Source: Felis catus
Taxonomy: Eukaryota
Length of the DNA stretch: 64,000 bases
Assembly (NCBI RefSeq): GCF_018350175.1
Contig: NC_058371.1
Span: 163,060,001-163,124,000 of the forward strand
Reading direction: 5' to 3'
Shown here one piece after another: positions 1-10,860 of this stretch. Positions within the stretch are counted from its first letter, which is position 1. The number at the start of each line of letters is the position of its first letter. The notes below the pieces were generated by a model that worked only from the letters and a program-made list of their open reading frames with translations, did no database searches and was not told the origin of the DNA. The translations under genes were made by a program, and so were the position numbers.

Positions 1-775
1 ACTTCATAAAATTATAAACAACTAATAAACATATGTAAAGGTGCTCAACCTCCTTAATCATCAGGGAGATGCACATTAAACTCGCATGAGACATGATTAT
101 CATCCACCAAAATTGCCAAAATGAAAAAAGATGATAAATACCAAGTGTTGATGAGAATGTGGAAAAGATGGAACTGTCATATTTTGCTGATAGGAATGTA
201 ATTGGTGTACTTTGGAAAAGTTTAAAAATATCTAAATTTGAACACGGCACAACCTATGGCCCAACATTTCCATTTCTAGGTATATATCCAAGAGTAATGC
301 GTTCATCATGTTCATCAAAAGATTTCTATTACAATGTCCATAGCAGCAATATTTTTAATAGCGCCAAAATATACACTATTCCAATGTCTATCAACAATTG
401 ATTGGGCAAATTGTGGTGTATTCACACAGTGAAATGCAATACAGCATCCTCATGAACAAACTATAAATGTAGTTAACGTATGGATGAACCTGATGAACAT
501 AAAAGTGAGTTAAAGAAACTAGACATAAAAGATTACATGCTGTAATGGACCCCTTTGTATAATGTACAAACACAAGGATGCTACTCTACTGACCACTTAA
601 ACAATTCTAAGGATAGTGGATAACTCTGAGCAGGGAAGGAAGTGGTTAGTGATTAGAAACACTTCTGGGATGCTGGTTACGTTGTTTCTTGAGCTGGCTG
701 CTAGTGTGATCTATTTGTGAAATTTTAGCAGGCTGCACATTTATGATTTGTGTACTTACCATAGATATGTCATAT
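1..775 (+). mobile_element. Old L1M-type LINE-1 fragment (end of ORF2 plus 3' UTR)
   Basis: Contains typical L1M 3'-end phrases (ACCAAGTGTTGATGAGAATGTGGAA; TTTCTAGGTATATATCCAAGAG; TGTGGTGTATTCACACAGTG). Subfamily not determinable by eye. Confidence 0.75.
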
Positions 776-778
776 TTT

Positions 779-940
779 TTTTTTTAATGTTTATTTATTT
801 TTGAGACAGAGAGAGACAGAGCATGAACGGGGGAGGGGCAGAGAGAGAGGGAGACACAGAATGGGAAACAGGCTCTAGGCTCCGAGCCATCAGCCCAGAG
901 CCTGACGCGGGGCTCGAACTCACGGACCGCGAGATCGTGA
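779..940 (-). mobile_element. 5'-truncated SINEC_Fc (Can-SINE) with target-site duplication
   Basis: Antisense SINE body and poly(T). Flanking direct repeat GATATGTCATATTTT at 764-778 and 941-955. The tRNA-like head is missing. Confidence 0.9.
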
Positions 941-1559
941 GATATGTCATATTTTGATAAAAAGCAGCTTCTGCCAGAACCTGTGGACAACACAGGGCCA
1001 CAGAAGGATTGACATTTGAGAGACCTGAGAAGGATTTGAGACATGATTAGATTTGCATTAGAAAGTTTAATCCTCGGCTTTGTAGAGGATAGCAAGGAGA
1101 GGAGCTAAGGGGCTGTTTGTAGAAATAATCCAGGCAAGCAATTATGAAGGCGTGAATTAAAGTAGGGCAATAGGGCTGACAAGGACAGTAATAGCACCTA
1201 CTTCACTGGGGCTCTTCTGATGAGTTAATGGGAAGGCACAATGGGTTTAATTATTGTTCCAAATCAAACAAACAAATCAATGCTCCTTGCATACCATGCA
1301 GAGCAAGATATAAGGTATTCGGATTAGAAAGCTTTAAGGGAAACATCTTAATTAGTCCATGCAACCTTGCCTTCTTTCAAGCACAGGTAAAATCACCTCC
1401 CTGCCGAAGACCGGATAGTGTGGAATACAGAGTAAATGGCCGAGGTAAGGAATACCACGGAACATGTCAGAACCTGAGCGTGACCTGTTCCTATGGTGCC
1501 CCAGGTAAAGGGTTAGGACCATTCGGGCGCCTGAGCTCCAGCACCTGGAACCCACCGCT

Positions 1560-1950
1560 ACTGTAGGCGTTTCCCCTCCTCCCTACCCACTCAGCTCAGA
1601 GGTGGGGCCATTGAAGGGGGCGGGCATTCCGGTCGAGGGGTGGAGTTGGGGCCAGAAAAGATGCCAATGGAACGCGAGCTTTCCCATGGTTAGCCAATTG
1701 AACGCGCTCTGGGACCGCCCCCATCCGCTGATTGGCACGACGAACCTCCCAGTAGTCTTGTGTCTCGCGAGAGTTCCGGTTTTCGGCGGTGCTTTGTCAA
1801 TTGGTCTGGCTCCTCCGGCTCTTGGAACCTTTTGCCCGGTCGAGGCTGAGTAGGGGGCTGTCTGGTGTCGTGGGTACGGCCAGGGACTTTGACGAGGCGC
1901 AGGCTGGGAGCTGCGTCTCCTCCCACCCTGGAGCCCGAGGCCCAGGTGAG
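1560..1950 (+). promoter_or_regulatory. CpG-rich housekeeping-type promoter with putative first exon ending at 1945
   Basis: CCAAT boxes at 1664-1668, 1694-1698, 1731-1735 (rev) and 1800-1804 (rev). GC boxes near 1616-1624 and 1716-1721. Perfect TCTCGCGAGA palindrome (BANP/ZBTB33-type) at 1763-1772. ETS core TTCCGG at 1774-1779. Donor CCCAG|GTGAGG at 1945/1946. Confidence 0.75.
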
Positions 1951-2607
1951 GCGCGGCCCGGGCATTGGGTTCTCGGGCTGGACCTTTACCTGCCTTCTCC
2001 TCAGGAGCGGAGATGGGCTGGCAGAGACGCTCTGCTGCCACTTGGCAGAAGGACCCCGTGGTAGGAAAGCGAGACCCGATTAAGCCCTGCCAGGTACTGA
2101 CTCACTCCACCTATGTGGAAGGGTGTGCAACCTTGAAAGGAACATTTGGATTAAAAATAGTGGGTGAACTTGTGGTTCTAATGCTAACGCCCTTTTTAGT
2201 TCATGGAGTACAGTACAGTATACTATGCTTCTAGGGTTTAACCGCCTTACTTAAGTGTCCCAGCCCGTTTTTAACACTTGCTTTTTCTGCTAATTTACAG
2301 AGTTCAAGTGGAGTCACACTTACATTTTGAACTTCGTTTCTAATGCAGACACTTAAAGCAGCTCTATTCACCTCCCAAAAAGGTAATGCGGATTCCTCCA
2401 GTAAAGGAGCATATCAGTATTTATTGAATTCTTGTGCTTGTCAAAAACCACAACATTATCTGTGTTTTCACTGAAGGAAAAGCACTGCCAAAAAAGCGGG
2501 GGGTGGGGGGGTGCCTGGGGAGATGGGGAGGCAAAGGAGGATTGGGAAGCAAATACTTAACCCTGTAGATACCTGAATTTTCACCCACCGGTGTGAAAGT
2601 TTGTAGA

Positions 2608-3060
2608 AAGTAAGTGTTGGTGAGGATATGGAGGAACTGGAACCCTTGTGCATTGCTTGTGGGCATGCAAAATGGTGTAGTTGCTTTGAAAAAGTTGGAT
2701 GATTTCTCAAAAAATGAAACACAGAGTTACCATATGATCCACTGAAAGCAGACACTCAGTTACTGGTACATCCATGTTCATAGTAACATTGTTTCCAATA
2801 GCCAAAGGGTAGAAACAACCCAAGTAAATGTAGAAAGGAATGGATAAACAAAATGTGGTACGTACATGCAATGGAGTATTTGTGAACCTTAAGGAGTCAG
2901 TAATACCTGCTACAACATAGGAGAACCTTGAAAACATGTTAAGTGCAATAAGCCAGACACAAAGACAAAAACTGTATGATTCCACCGATATGAGGAACTT
3001 AGTCAAATTCATAGAGACAAAAAGTGAAACAGAGTTTACCAGGGTCCAGGGAGAGGAGAG
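2608..3060 (+). mobile_element. L1MA/L1MB-type LINE-1 3' fragment
   Basis: GTGTTGGTGAGGATATGGAGGAACTGGAACCCTTG...CAGAGTTACCATATGATCCA...TGGATAAACAAAATGTGGTA; truncated by the N gap. Confidence 0.8.
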
Positions 3061-3264
3061 NNNNNNNNNNNNNNNNNNNNNNNNNNNNNNNNNNNNNNNN
3101 NNNNNNNNNNNNNNNNNNNNNNNNNNNNNNNNNNNNNNNNNNNNNNNNNNNNNNNNNNNNNNNNNNNNNNNNNNNNNNNNNNNNNNNNNNNNNNNNNNNN
3201 NNNNNNNNNNNNNNNNNNNNNNNNNNNNNNNNNNNNNNNNNNNNNNNNNNNNNNNNNNNNNNNN
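3061..3264. other. Assembly gap (204 N)
   Basis: Run of N seen directly. Confidence 1.
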
Positions 3265-3630
3265 TATATTTGCAACCAATCATTGGGTAACTTTAATTCC
3301 AGCATTTGGGTTGTACAAACATAATTTGTGAAACCTTTTCAAGTTTTGATTTCAGAACTAAATGAGAGAAATTCATGTTCAAAGCTTACAAGATGCTGTT
3401 TTTCAGTGTATGTGTGTTTGTTTTAAATTCTGAATACACTAGATAGTATGTGCAGGATGAATATAGGTTACGATGTTTAAATGTTAGAATTCCTAAACAC
3501 TCAACTACATACATTGTATTATACACACTGGAGACAACCAAATCTATTCTCGTTATGTATTTGGAAATAAACTATTTTGATATCTTACATTTGACCTATC
3601 AATCAACATCATTAGAAAAACCATAATTTC

Positions 3631-3840
3631 AGGGCACCTGGGTGGCTCAGTTGGTTAAGCGTCTGACTCTTGGTTTCAGCTCAGGTCTTGATCCCATGGT
3701 CATGAGATCAAGCCCCACATCAGGCCCTGGGCTGAGTGTGGAGCCTGCTTAAGATCCTCTCTTTCCCTCTGCCCCTCTTCCCTGCTCACACTCAAAATAA
3801 ATAAACTTAAAAAAATAAAGTGTTAAAAACAAACAAAAAA
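3631..3840 (+). mobile_element. Can-SINE (older SINEC subfamily)
   Basis: GGGCACCTGGGTGGCTCAGTTGGTTAAG head, CT-rich body, A-rich tail. Confidence 0.9.
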
Positions 3841-4290
3841 GCCCCACAATTTCAAACTGGCTCTTTCTAAACATACAGCCAAGACAAATGGCATCTTCCA
3901 TACTGTTATTCGGATGGATTTTTACCTTAGAGGTTTTTGGGAGGTGGGGAGGCTAAAAGCTCCCTGCGCATAGTTCATATATTTCAAATACCATTTTCTT
4001 AGCCACTCGACAAGTAAGAAAATGCTGATTTATTTTCTCCCCTTTTGTATATGGGAAAATACAAGGTGTTCAAGCTGAGATGGTATATATATGATGCCGA
4101 AACCTTCATCAACTCCTCCAAAGCTTGTTTGCACTCTTCTGTTTGGACTGTTTTTCCATGTGTGGCTTGTGAAATCACAGGAGTGACTGTTGCCCAGGTA
4201 CGTGTTTAGCTGGCACAGCAGTGCTTTCCAGGTTGCCCACTAACCTTGTGAGTACATGTGAATAGAATTATTCTTTTTTCCACCATCAAA

Positions 4291-4715
<425 letters not shown>

Positions 4716-5047
4716 ATCCTACAGACAGTTTAGTTTCACTGGTCTTGGAGTAACTTGTATCTGAATCTCAAGTGAGCTGAGCTTTTTCAAACGTGTTCCG
4801 TTGGCTTTGTAGGTACATGATTTGAGCAGAGTCAAACCTGCGGAGTTGAGTGTGACAAAGGAGAGAGCGTGGAGCCTAGAGGTTTATTGGGAACCTGGCC
4901 CTCTGTTACCGTAGTACCTAAATTTCTACCTTGTCTTTTCAGGGTGAGCTCATTTGAATAATCAGTAGGTTACCTACAGTCTGGGCAGTTAAACTTTCAA
5001 CAGGGAGCTGGACATCAGTGTTACTCTGTATGGAAATACTTCATGTT

Positions 5048-5240
5048 ATTTTTTTAACGTTTATTTATTTTTGAGGGAGAGAGTGTGAGCGGGGCAAAGA
5101 GACAATGGGGGGAACAGAGGATGCAAAGCGGGCTCTGCACTGACAGCAGTGAGCCCGATGCGGGACTTGAATTCACGAACCGTGAGATCATAATCTTAGC
5201 TGAAGTCGGATGCTCAACCAACTGAGCCTCCCAGGTGCCC
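5048..5240 (-). mobile_element. Can-SINE
   Basis: Antisense SINE: TTTATTTATTTTTGAG...GAGCCTCCCAGGTGCCCC. Confidence 0.9.
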
Positions 5241-6567
5241 CTTTATGGTACTATTTCAACAACGATAAGAAAAGAATGGCCATCTTTAGGCAGAAATATT
5301 CAGACTTGTAATAATGGAATTTTTGTGGTGGGAGATTGAGGTCAGATGTTGGAAACTGGAATTCAAATCTGTCAGCAAGAATGAAACAGAAGAGGCTGTA
5401 GGAATAGTGGGCAGTTTTAGTAAAAATATACTCTTCCCTTCCACTCCCCCCACCCCGAAATCAGGACCTGATTTTGGTCAAAAGCCCACAAAACTTTCTA
5501 TTCTTTATGTAATCTAAATTTTAGTTTCAAATGGATTCTTATATATAAACTGTTTGGGTCTGGAATTTGGCTTGAAGGGTAGACAAATAGAGTTCAATTT
5601 TGTTCCTAACTTCTTTCACCAGGAGAACGAGATTCCATGCTTCGAGTTTTGAAAGGCATGACTGCAGTTAGCAACGTGTGAATAACAACATACACAATCT
5701 CTTCATCAACAACAAGGAACTGCATTCTGACCTTCACATTGTCTACGTGTGCTACTGAGTGTGGGGTCATATCCTAAGCTTCAGCTCTAATAAGCATTCA
5801 TCACAGGGAAGGTACGATCTTGGATATTCAGTTGGCCACAAATAGCTTTAAGTACATTTATGGTCAAGTCAAATGGTAGCTTTGCTGAAACATTAATAGA
5901 AAAGCATTGGTAATTCATGTCAGAATGAGATACAAGATAATAGGTGAAAAATGATTTCACAGAAAAGAAATTTTGATAAACCTAGAAAACAATTTCAGTT
6001 ATTTTTGTCCATTAACATTAGCATTTTAGTTTAAAGAGCTACTTGAATCACATGTTGTTCCTTCCCATAAGAAGAGATTTTGAGTACAACAGGATGAATT
6101 TCTCATTGAGAAACTTGTTTTTGCCCCAGTTTCCTTTCTAGTCTCCAGTAGGACACTGTCATCATTCAGTATTGGTATTGTAGCAACTTAGATGCACCAA
6201 ATTGCAACATATAGGACTTAAGTCAGAGCCCCATGGCAGTGACTCTGAAAAGACTAGTTTTATTAGTTATACTATTAAGGGTTTTTTGTTGCTGTTTTAA
6301 AAGACTCCCAGAAATCCAAATTTACATTTTGTGGAACATGAGCCAAAACTAATTGAGGTTGTTATGGAAAAATGGTCTCATTTTAATGGTCTGTATTACC
6401 TCTGGGACCCTGCTGGTCAAAGCTGTGTGGCCCACAAGGCAAAAATTAGAATGATGTTTTTCATATTATCTTAATTTTTTATTACTGACTTTGTTACAGC
6501 TTGATCTTTGGAGGTGCTTTGTACTGTGTAAATGAAATTTACTGAAAATGTACATAAATGACGTCCC

Positions 6568-6573
6568 AATAAA
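6568..6573 (+). terminator. Candidate polyadenylation signal of the + strand GVQW3-like unit
   Basis: AATAAA with upstream TGTA motifs (~6527 and ~6549) and a downstream U/GU-rich tract (TTGATTTTTTTATATTAGTGTTG...TGTGTTGTTTT). Use in vivo is inferred. Confidence 0.5.
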
Positions 6574-6860
6574 CCATAAATTGATTTTTTTATATTAGTG
6601 TTGATCATCTGTGTTGTTTTATCAGGCATTTGCTAATCCTCCATATTTTAGCCACCTGCTCATGTCTCTAATGGTTTTAATCTAAATAAAGTTTAACTTC
6701 ATTGCCATACCTCAAATTTTTAAAAAATCGACTAATGGATAGATAAAATCTAACCCCCCTGACCCGCAGACCCATAACCCATAATAAAAACACAGCGTAG
6801 GAGGCAATGTGGTGAGGTTCCAGCTCCAGCTAGACTTGTGATCTGAAGCTTTCAGTCTAA

Positions 6861-7520
6861 AGTATTAGTTACCAGAGGCTAGCTACTGCAACCGATTACA
6901 AGCTCGGTGGCTTAGAACAACAGAAGTTTATTCTGTCAGTTTTTGAGCCCCAGAAATCAAGTATATGCTCTGGGGAGGAGGGGGTCAGTTGCTTGAGTCT
7001 CCCAGTTTCTGGCGGCTGCCAGCCTTACCTAGCCTGAAGTTGTATCTACATCATCAAGGCCAAAATCAGATCTTTTTAAAAAAAATTTTTTTAAATATTT
7101 ATTTTTGAGAGAGAGTGAGTGAGCAGGGAAGGGGCAGAGAGAGAGGGAGACACAGAATCTGAAGCAGGCTCCAGGCTCTGAGCTGTCAGCACAGAGCTGA
7201 GGTGGGGGTCAAACCCACAAACCGTGAGATCATGACCTGAGCCAGTCAGTTGCTTAACCAACTGAGCCACCCAGGCGTCCCTAATCTCTTTCTACTTGTC
7301 TTCACACAGCCTCCTCCTTTGAGCATGGAATCTTCTGCCTCCCTCTTACAAAGGCATTTGTGATTAGACTTATGGCTCACAGATTATCTAGGATAATCTT
7401 CCCATCTCCAGATTCCTAATCTAATCACATCTGCAAATCACCTTTTCCAAATACAGTAACATTTACAGGTTTGAGATTAGGACTCGATTATCTTTGGGAG
7501 TCATTATTCAGTCCACTATC
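6861..7520 (-). mobile_element. MLT1 (ERVL-MaLR) solo LTR interrupted by a SINEC (~7075-7281)
   Basis: GTATTAGTT...GGTGGCTTAGAACAACAGAAGTTTATTCT start and TAATCACATCTGCAAA...ATTATTCAGTCCACTA end, typical of antisense MLT1. Confidence 0.8.
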
Positions 7521-7563
7521 CCATAGGTTTTTCTCTTCTGTAAAACACCCTATAACCTCTAGA

Positions 7564-7762
7564 AGAGTACTGCCAATGAAACTTTCTGTATTGATGGATA
7601 TGTTCTGTATCTGTTGCTAGTACAGTAGCTTCTAGCCACTTGTGACTACTGAGCATTTGAAACGTGGCTGACACAACTGAGGAGCCACATTTTTCATTTT
7701 ATTCAGTTGATTTAAATTTAAATAGCCCCATGTGACTAATGGCTATCACACCGGACAGTTGT
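7564..7762. mobile_element. MER3 (hAT-Charlie MITE)
   Basis: AACTTTCTGTATTGATGGATATGTTCTGTATCTG...TTTAAATTTAAATAGCCCCATGTGACTA matches the MER3 pattern. Confidence 0.8.
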
Positions 7763-8151
7763 CTATAGTTCTAAATCCTGGTCTCTGTGGCACCTTAAAA
7801 AAAAATGAGTTCCCTATTTTTCCGCACTGTTTCACTGCCTGGCTTAAGACTGCTTACATTTTTCACCCAACTACACACACACACCCACATCATCTCCTTC
7901 AGGTTTTTTATCATCAGCACTCCCTGGCCAGCCCTGTCTGAGCTTATAAATGTCCTCCAGTCAGTGCAAATACATGTACTTCCTATCCCCCCTCCCACTT
8001 TTTCCCCTCTAGCAATTTTGGCCTTCTAACACATCTGTTGTGTAAATTACCTAAAAATCACAAGGCTGGGTTTTATAATGTAATAGGTAGTATTAAAAAA
8101 TGCAATTTAGATACAAAGGCTGCAACAGTGTTATGAAATAAGCATTAAGAG

Positions 8152-8345
8152 GGATTCCAAGGTGGGGATGGGGTGGGGGGGTGGGGGTGGGCTCAGTGGG
8201 TTCAGCATCCAACTCTTGATTTCGGCCCAGGGCTGTGGCATCAAGCCCCACGTGGAGATCCGAGATAAGCATGGAAAGTGCTTGAGAATCTCTCCCCATC
8301 TGCCCCTCAAAAAAAAAAAAACCAAAAAAAAAAAACAAAAAAAAA
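8152..8345 (+). mobile_element. Degenerate Can-SINE with G-run-expanded head and long A tail
   Basis: GCTCAGTGGGTT...ACTCTTGATTTCGGCCCAGG...TCAAGCCCCACGT, followed by poly(A). Confidence 0.75.
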
Positions 8346-8354
8346 CACACACAC

Positions 8355-9146
8355 TCCAAGGTGAATATTAATTATCTTTATTTAAAATTACTGGAAAACG
8401 AGGTATTTACAGACAATCAGGGCAGGTCAGAAGGAAGAACTAGCTGATATTAGGCTCTGTTCATCTTGCTACAGTTACATTTCTCCCCATACAAAACCTT
8501 CCCCCATCACTCCAGCCCAATACTTTCGAGTTCTAACAATCTAGCACCGTCCTGCCCTTTAAATCCCCCCTTCATGGCCATTCTGCTCATTCATCAAAAC
8601 CACCTAACATGCTGACAGATGCTCCCTTTGTGCCAAATTGCAACTTCTGTAGGTTCAATGTAACTAAATACTATGAAGAGCTTATATTCTTAATACCTCT
8701 GTGCTCTCCCCTGACCAAACTGGCCTCATCTGTTTCAGCATTTCTACCGTTACACTACAACATGAAATGCCAGGAGAGGGAAGGACCTTTCCAAGAGGTC
8801 ACGTAGCCAGAAAGTTACATGAGGATCCGTGTTCAGGGCTACACATGTGACAGGAGCTTGAGTCAGTACCTAACCTGTGGTTGCTTCATCTGTAAAATGA
8901 GGGCACAGCGTCACCTTCACAAAGTTGGAAGAACTAAATGACAAGATGAGAAATCGAACACCTGCTGTGCTGCCCTCACTGCCAGGGCTGTCCTGCACTG
9001 GATACATGGCTGCTACAAGTGAAATAAGAATATCTGACCTCATTAGAGGCATGTGTATGTTGTAAACTGCAGAGTTGGGATAAATCAGTTAAAATACCAG
9101 CATTAGAGTACTCCAGCTTCCATGGCTTGTGCCTGTAGTTTTCAAC
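8355..9146 (-). ncRNA. DANCR: DANCR terminal exon
   Basis: Acceptor AG at 9148-9147 (- strand) and homology to the human exon. Candidate AATAAA at 8382-8377. The 3' end is inferred. Confidence 0.7.
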
Positions 9147-9308
9147 CTACAAAAAAGAAAAATTTTCAAATGACCTTTTACATTTTAAACAGAAAGCAAA
9201 TTTTGAGGTACATTCTTTTCAGTTTGTCTCAAAGGAGGCGCAGAAAAAAAGCCTTGTATGCACTGTTCCAATACCTGGGTTTTTCACCTTTAAAAATAAG
9301 CTGCCCTT

Positions 9309-9460
9309 GGGGCACCTGGGCGGCTCAGCTGGTTAAGCATGGGGGTCAAGATTTTGGCTCAGATCATGATCTCACCATTTGTGAGCTTGAGCCCCACTTC
9401 CGGCTCTGCGCTGGCAGCGGAGAGCCTGCTTGGGATGTTCTCTCTCAAAATAAATAATCG

Positions 9461-9499
<39 letters not shown>

Positions 9500-9500
9500 A
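9309..9500 (+). mobile_element. Can-SINE with (AAAT)n tail inside the SNORA26-containing DANCR intron
   Basis: GGGGCACCTGGGCGGCTCAG head; AAATAAAT repeat at ~9460-9500. Confidence 0.9.
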
Positions 9501-9619
9501 AGGCATCTCTGAAAGTATCGTCAAAACTAAGGTTAAGGTTAAATTTATCACTGTGCTATTATTAACGTATAAAAATATCACAAAGGTGCTGAAACTTCAA
9601 GAAAAATTTCCTCTGGTTC

Positions 9620-9739
9620 CGCTGTGACTCCAGACAGGATCCAGAGAGGAGTTTTAGTCTCATCCCTGGGTTTTATGGAGACTTACTTTACCCTTCTGTG
9701 TTAGCCTCTTAAGGCACTGCGTCAACCTTAAAAGGGCAC
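9620..9739 (-). ncRNA. SNORA26: H/ACA box snoRNA SNORA26 (HBI-6)
   Basis: Reverse complement GTGCCCTTTTAAGGTTGACGCAGTGCCTTAAGAGGCTAACACAGAAGGGTAAAAGTAAGTCTCCATAAAACCCAGGGATGAGAC...GGATCCTGTCTGGAGTCACAGCG is nearly identical to human SNORA26 as I recall it. H box AAAGTA in the hinge; ACA 3 nt from the 3' end. Confidence 0.95.
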
Positions 9740-9779
9740 AGGAAAGGGCGGTCTGGGGTTTTACAGGCTTCTCTACGAC

Positions 9780-10860
9780 CCCTGCTCTCCTCTCCAGACA
9801 ACACCCCCTGAACCTCAGCGGTTTCCAGGGCCAAGTCGGAAAACCCACCGGAAGCAGTTGTCCTGCGGGGGGTGGGGGAGCCGGGAACTTACATGCCCTC
9901 TATCCGAAGGGGCAGCCAATTGGGGGGCCTTGGAACCAAGCACGTGGGAACCCCCGGTCGCCATTGGCCACGTGCTCCGGGCCGAGCGCCTCGCTTTTCC
10001 CCCCAGGACGGGGACATACCTGAGCCTGGAAGTCAGGCCGCTGCAGCCCCGCACACGTCGGAGACCGACTCCGCAGGCCCCGGGTCGGGCTCCTGCATTC
10101 GCAGGCGGGGGCCGGGCCCCGAACCCGCCGCAAAGCAGCCGCCACTGCGGCCGCGCCCTGGGGGAGCAAAGCGCAAGATGGTTAGGGCGCTCGGGCCTGC
10201 CCGCGGGGAAGCCTCCCGGCGGCTCCGCGCTGCGTCTGTGCCTCGCGCGGCCCCGGGACGGGCTGGACCGCCCGCCCCCCGGGCCGCCGAGGGCTGCTCT
10301 ACCCCTCCGTCCTGGCCGCCGGGAGCAGCGGAGCTCCGGGCGGGCAAAGCTCGAGGGGACGCGGGGCGAGCGCAGCCCCACCCGGGCCCGGAGGCCTGGC
10401 ACCCTCCCCCATGCCCACCAACACTTACGGCTCAGCTCCGCGGGACTGAAGCCGACGACTCGCGTGCGGCACAGAGAACCCGGCGGTGGCGCGGCGACGA
10501 GGTCGGCGGCGCAGCGGGAGGCGGGCAGCCAATCCCCTCAAGTCTCCGGCCAGGGGGCGGGGCGGGCCCGGCCATTGGTGCCCGCGGTTCTCGGCCCGCC
10601 CCGGTCTTTCGGGCTCCTTCGGGCTCCTTCGGGCTCCTCCGGGCTCCTTCGGGCTCCTCCGGGCTCCTTCGGGCATCTCCGCGCTCCTTCGGGTACCGCC
10701 GCGCTCCTTCGGGCACCTCCGCGCTCCTCCGCGCTCTTCCGCGGGCGGAGGATGCGCTAGGCCTGCCGGAGCATCTTTCTCGGAAGCTCCGGAGCCCTGG
10801 CGCCTCCCCTTGGCCCTGAAGGACGTGGTTCTCGCAGGCGCTGTGCCTTCCTAGGGGCCC
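9780..10860. promoter_or_regulatory. DANCR CpG island/promoter
   Basis: Very high GC and CpG density. CCAAT boxes at ~10529 and ~10574, GC boxes near 10553-10566, canonical E-boxes CACGTG at 9941-9946 and 9969-9974. Confidence 0.9.
10611..10740. repeat. 10-bp-unit tandem repeat, 13 copies (consensus GGGCTCCTTC/GCGCTCCTCC)
   Basis: Units read directly in register from 10611 to 10740, degenerating rightwards. Confidence 0.95.

Larger units (their letters stand above)
8355..10510 (-). ncRNA. DANCR: DANCR lncRNA ortholog (snoRNA host gene); both ends approximate
   Basis: Hosts SNORA26. The - strand sequence from 9146 (GTTGAAAACTACAGGCACAAGCCATGGAAGCTGG...TGCCTCTAATGAGG...CTTGTAGCAGCCA) matches the human DANCR last exon as I recall it, after a clean TTTTTTGTAG acceptor. 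Donor CC|GTAAGT at 10429/10428. Synteny with USP46. Confidence 0.85.

Noticed and set aside
2707-3331. ORFs containing X runs (also 15772-16188)
   Set aside because: They are extended artificially through N gaps.
5623-5810. Possible further exon of the GVQW3-like unit (TTTCACCAG acceptor, GAAG|GTACGA donor)
   Set aside because: All three frames close quickly, there is no zinc-finger or other homology, and the splice signals alone are insufficient.
10000-10350. MIR4449 ortholog in the DANCR first intron
   Set aside because: It is annotated in human, but I cannot recognise a matching hairpin here and GC-rich DNA folds non-specifically.
9815-10854. Long ORFs of up to 315 aa over the DANCR CpG island
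   Set aside because: They occur on both strands and in several frames, are Pro/Arg/Gly/Ala-rich and include the translated tandem repeat. This is the expected stop-codon scarcity of GC-rich DNA, with no recognisable protein.
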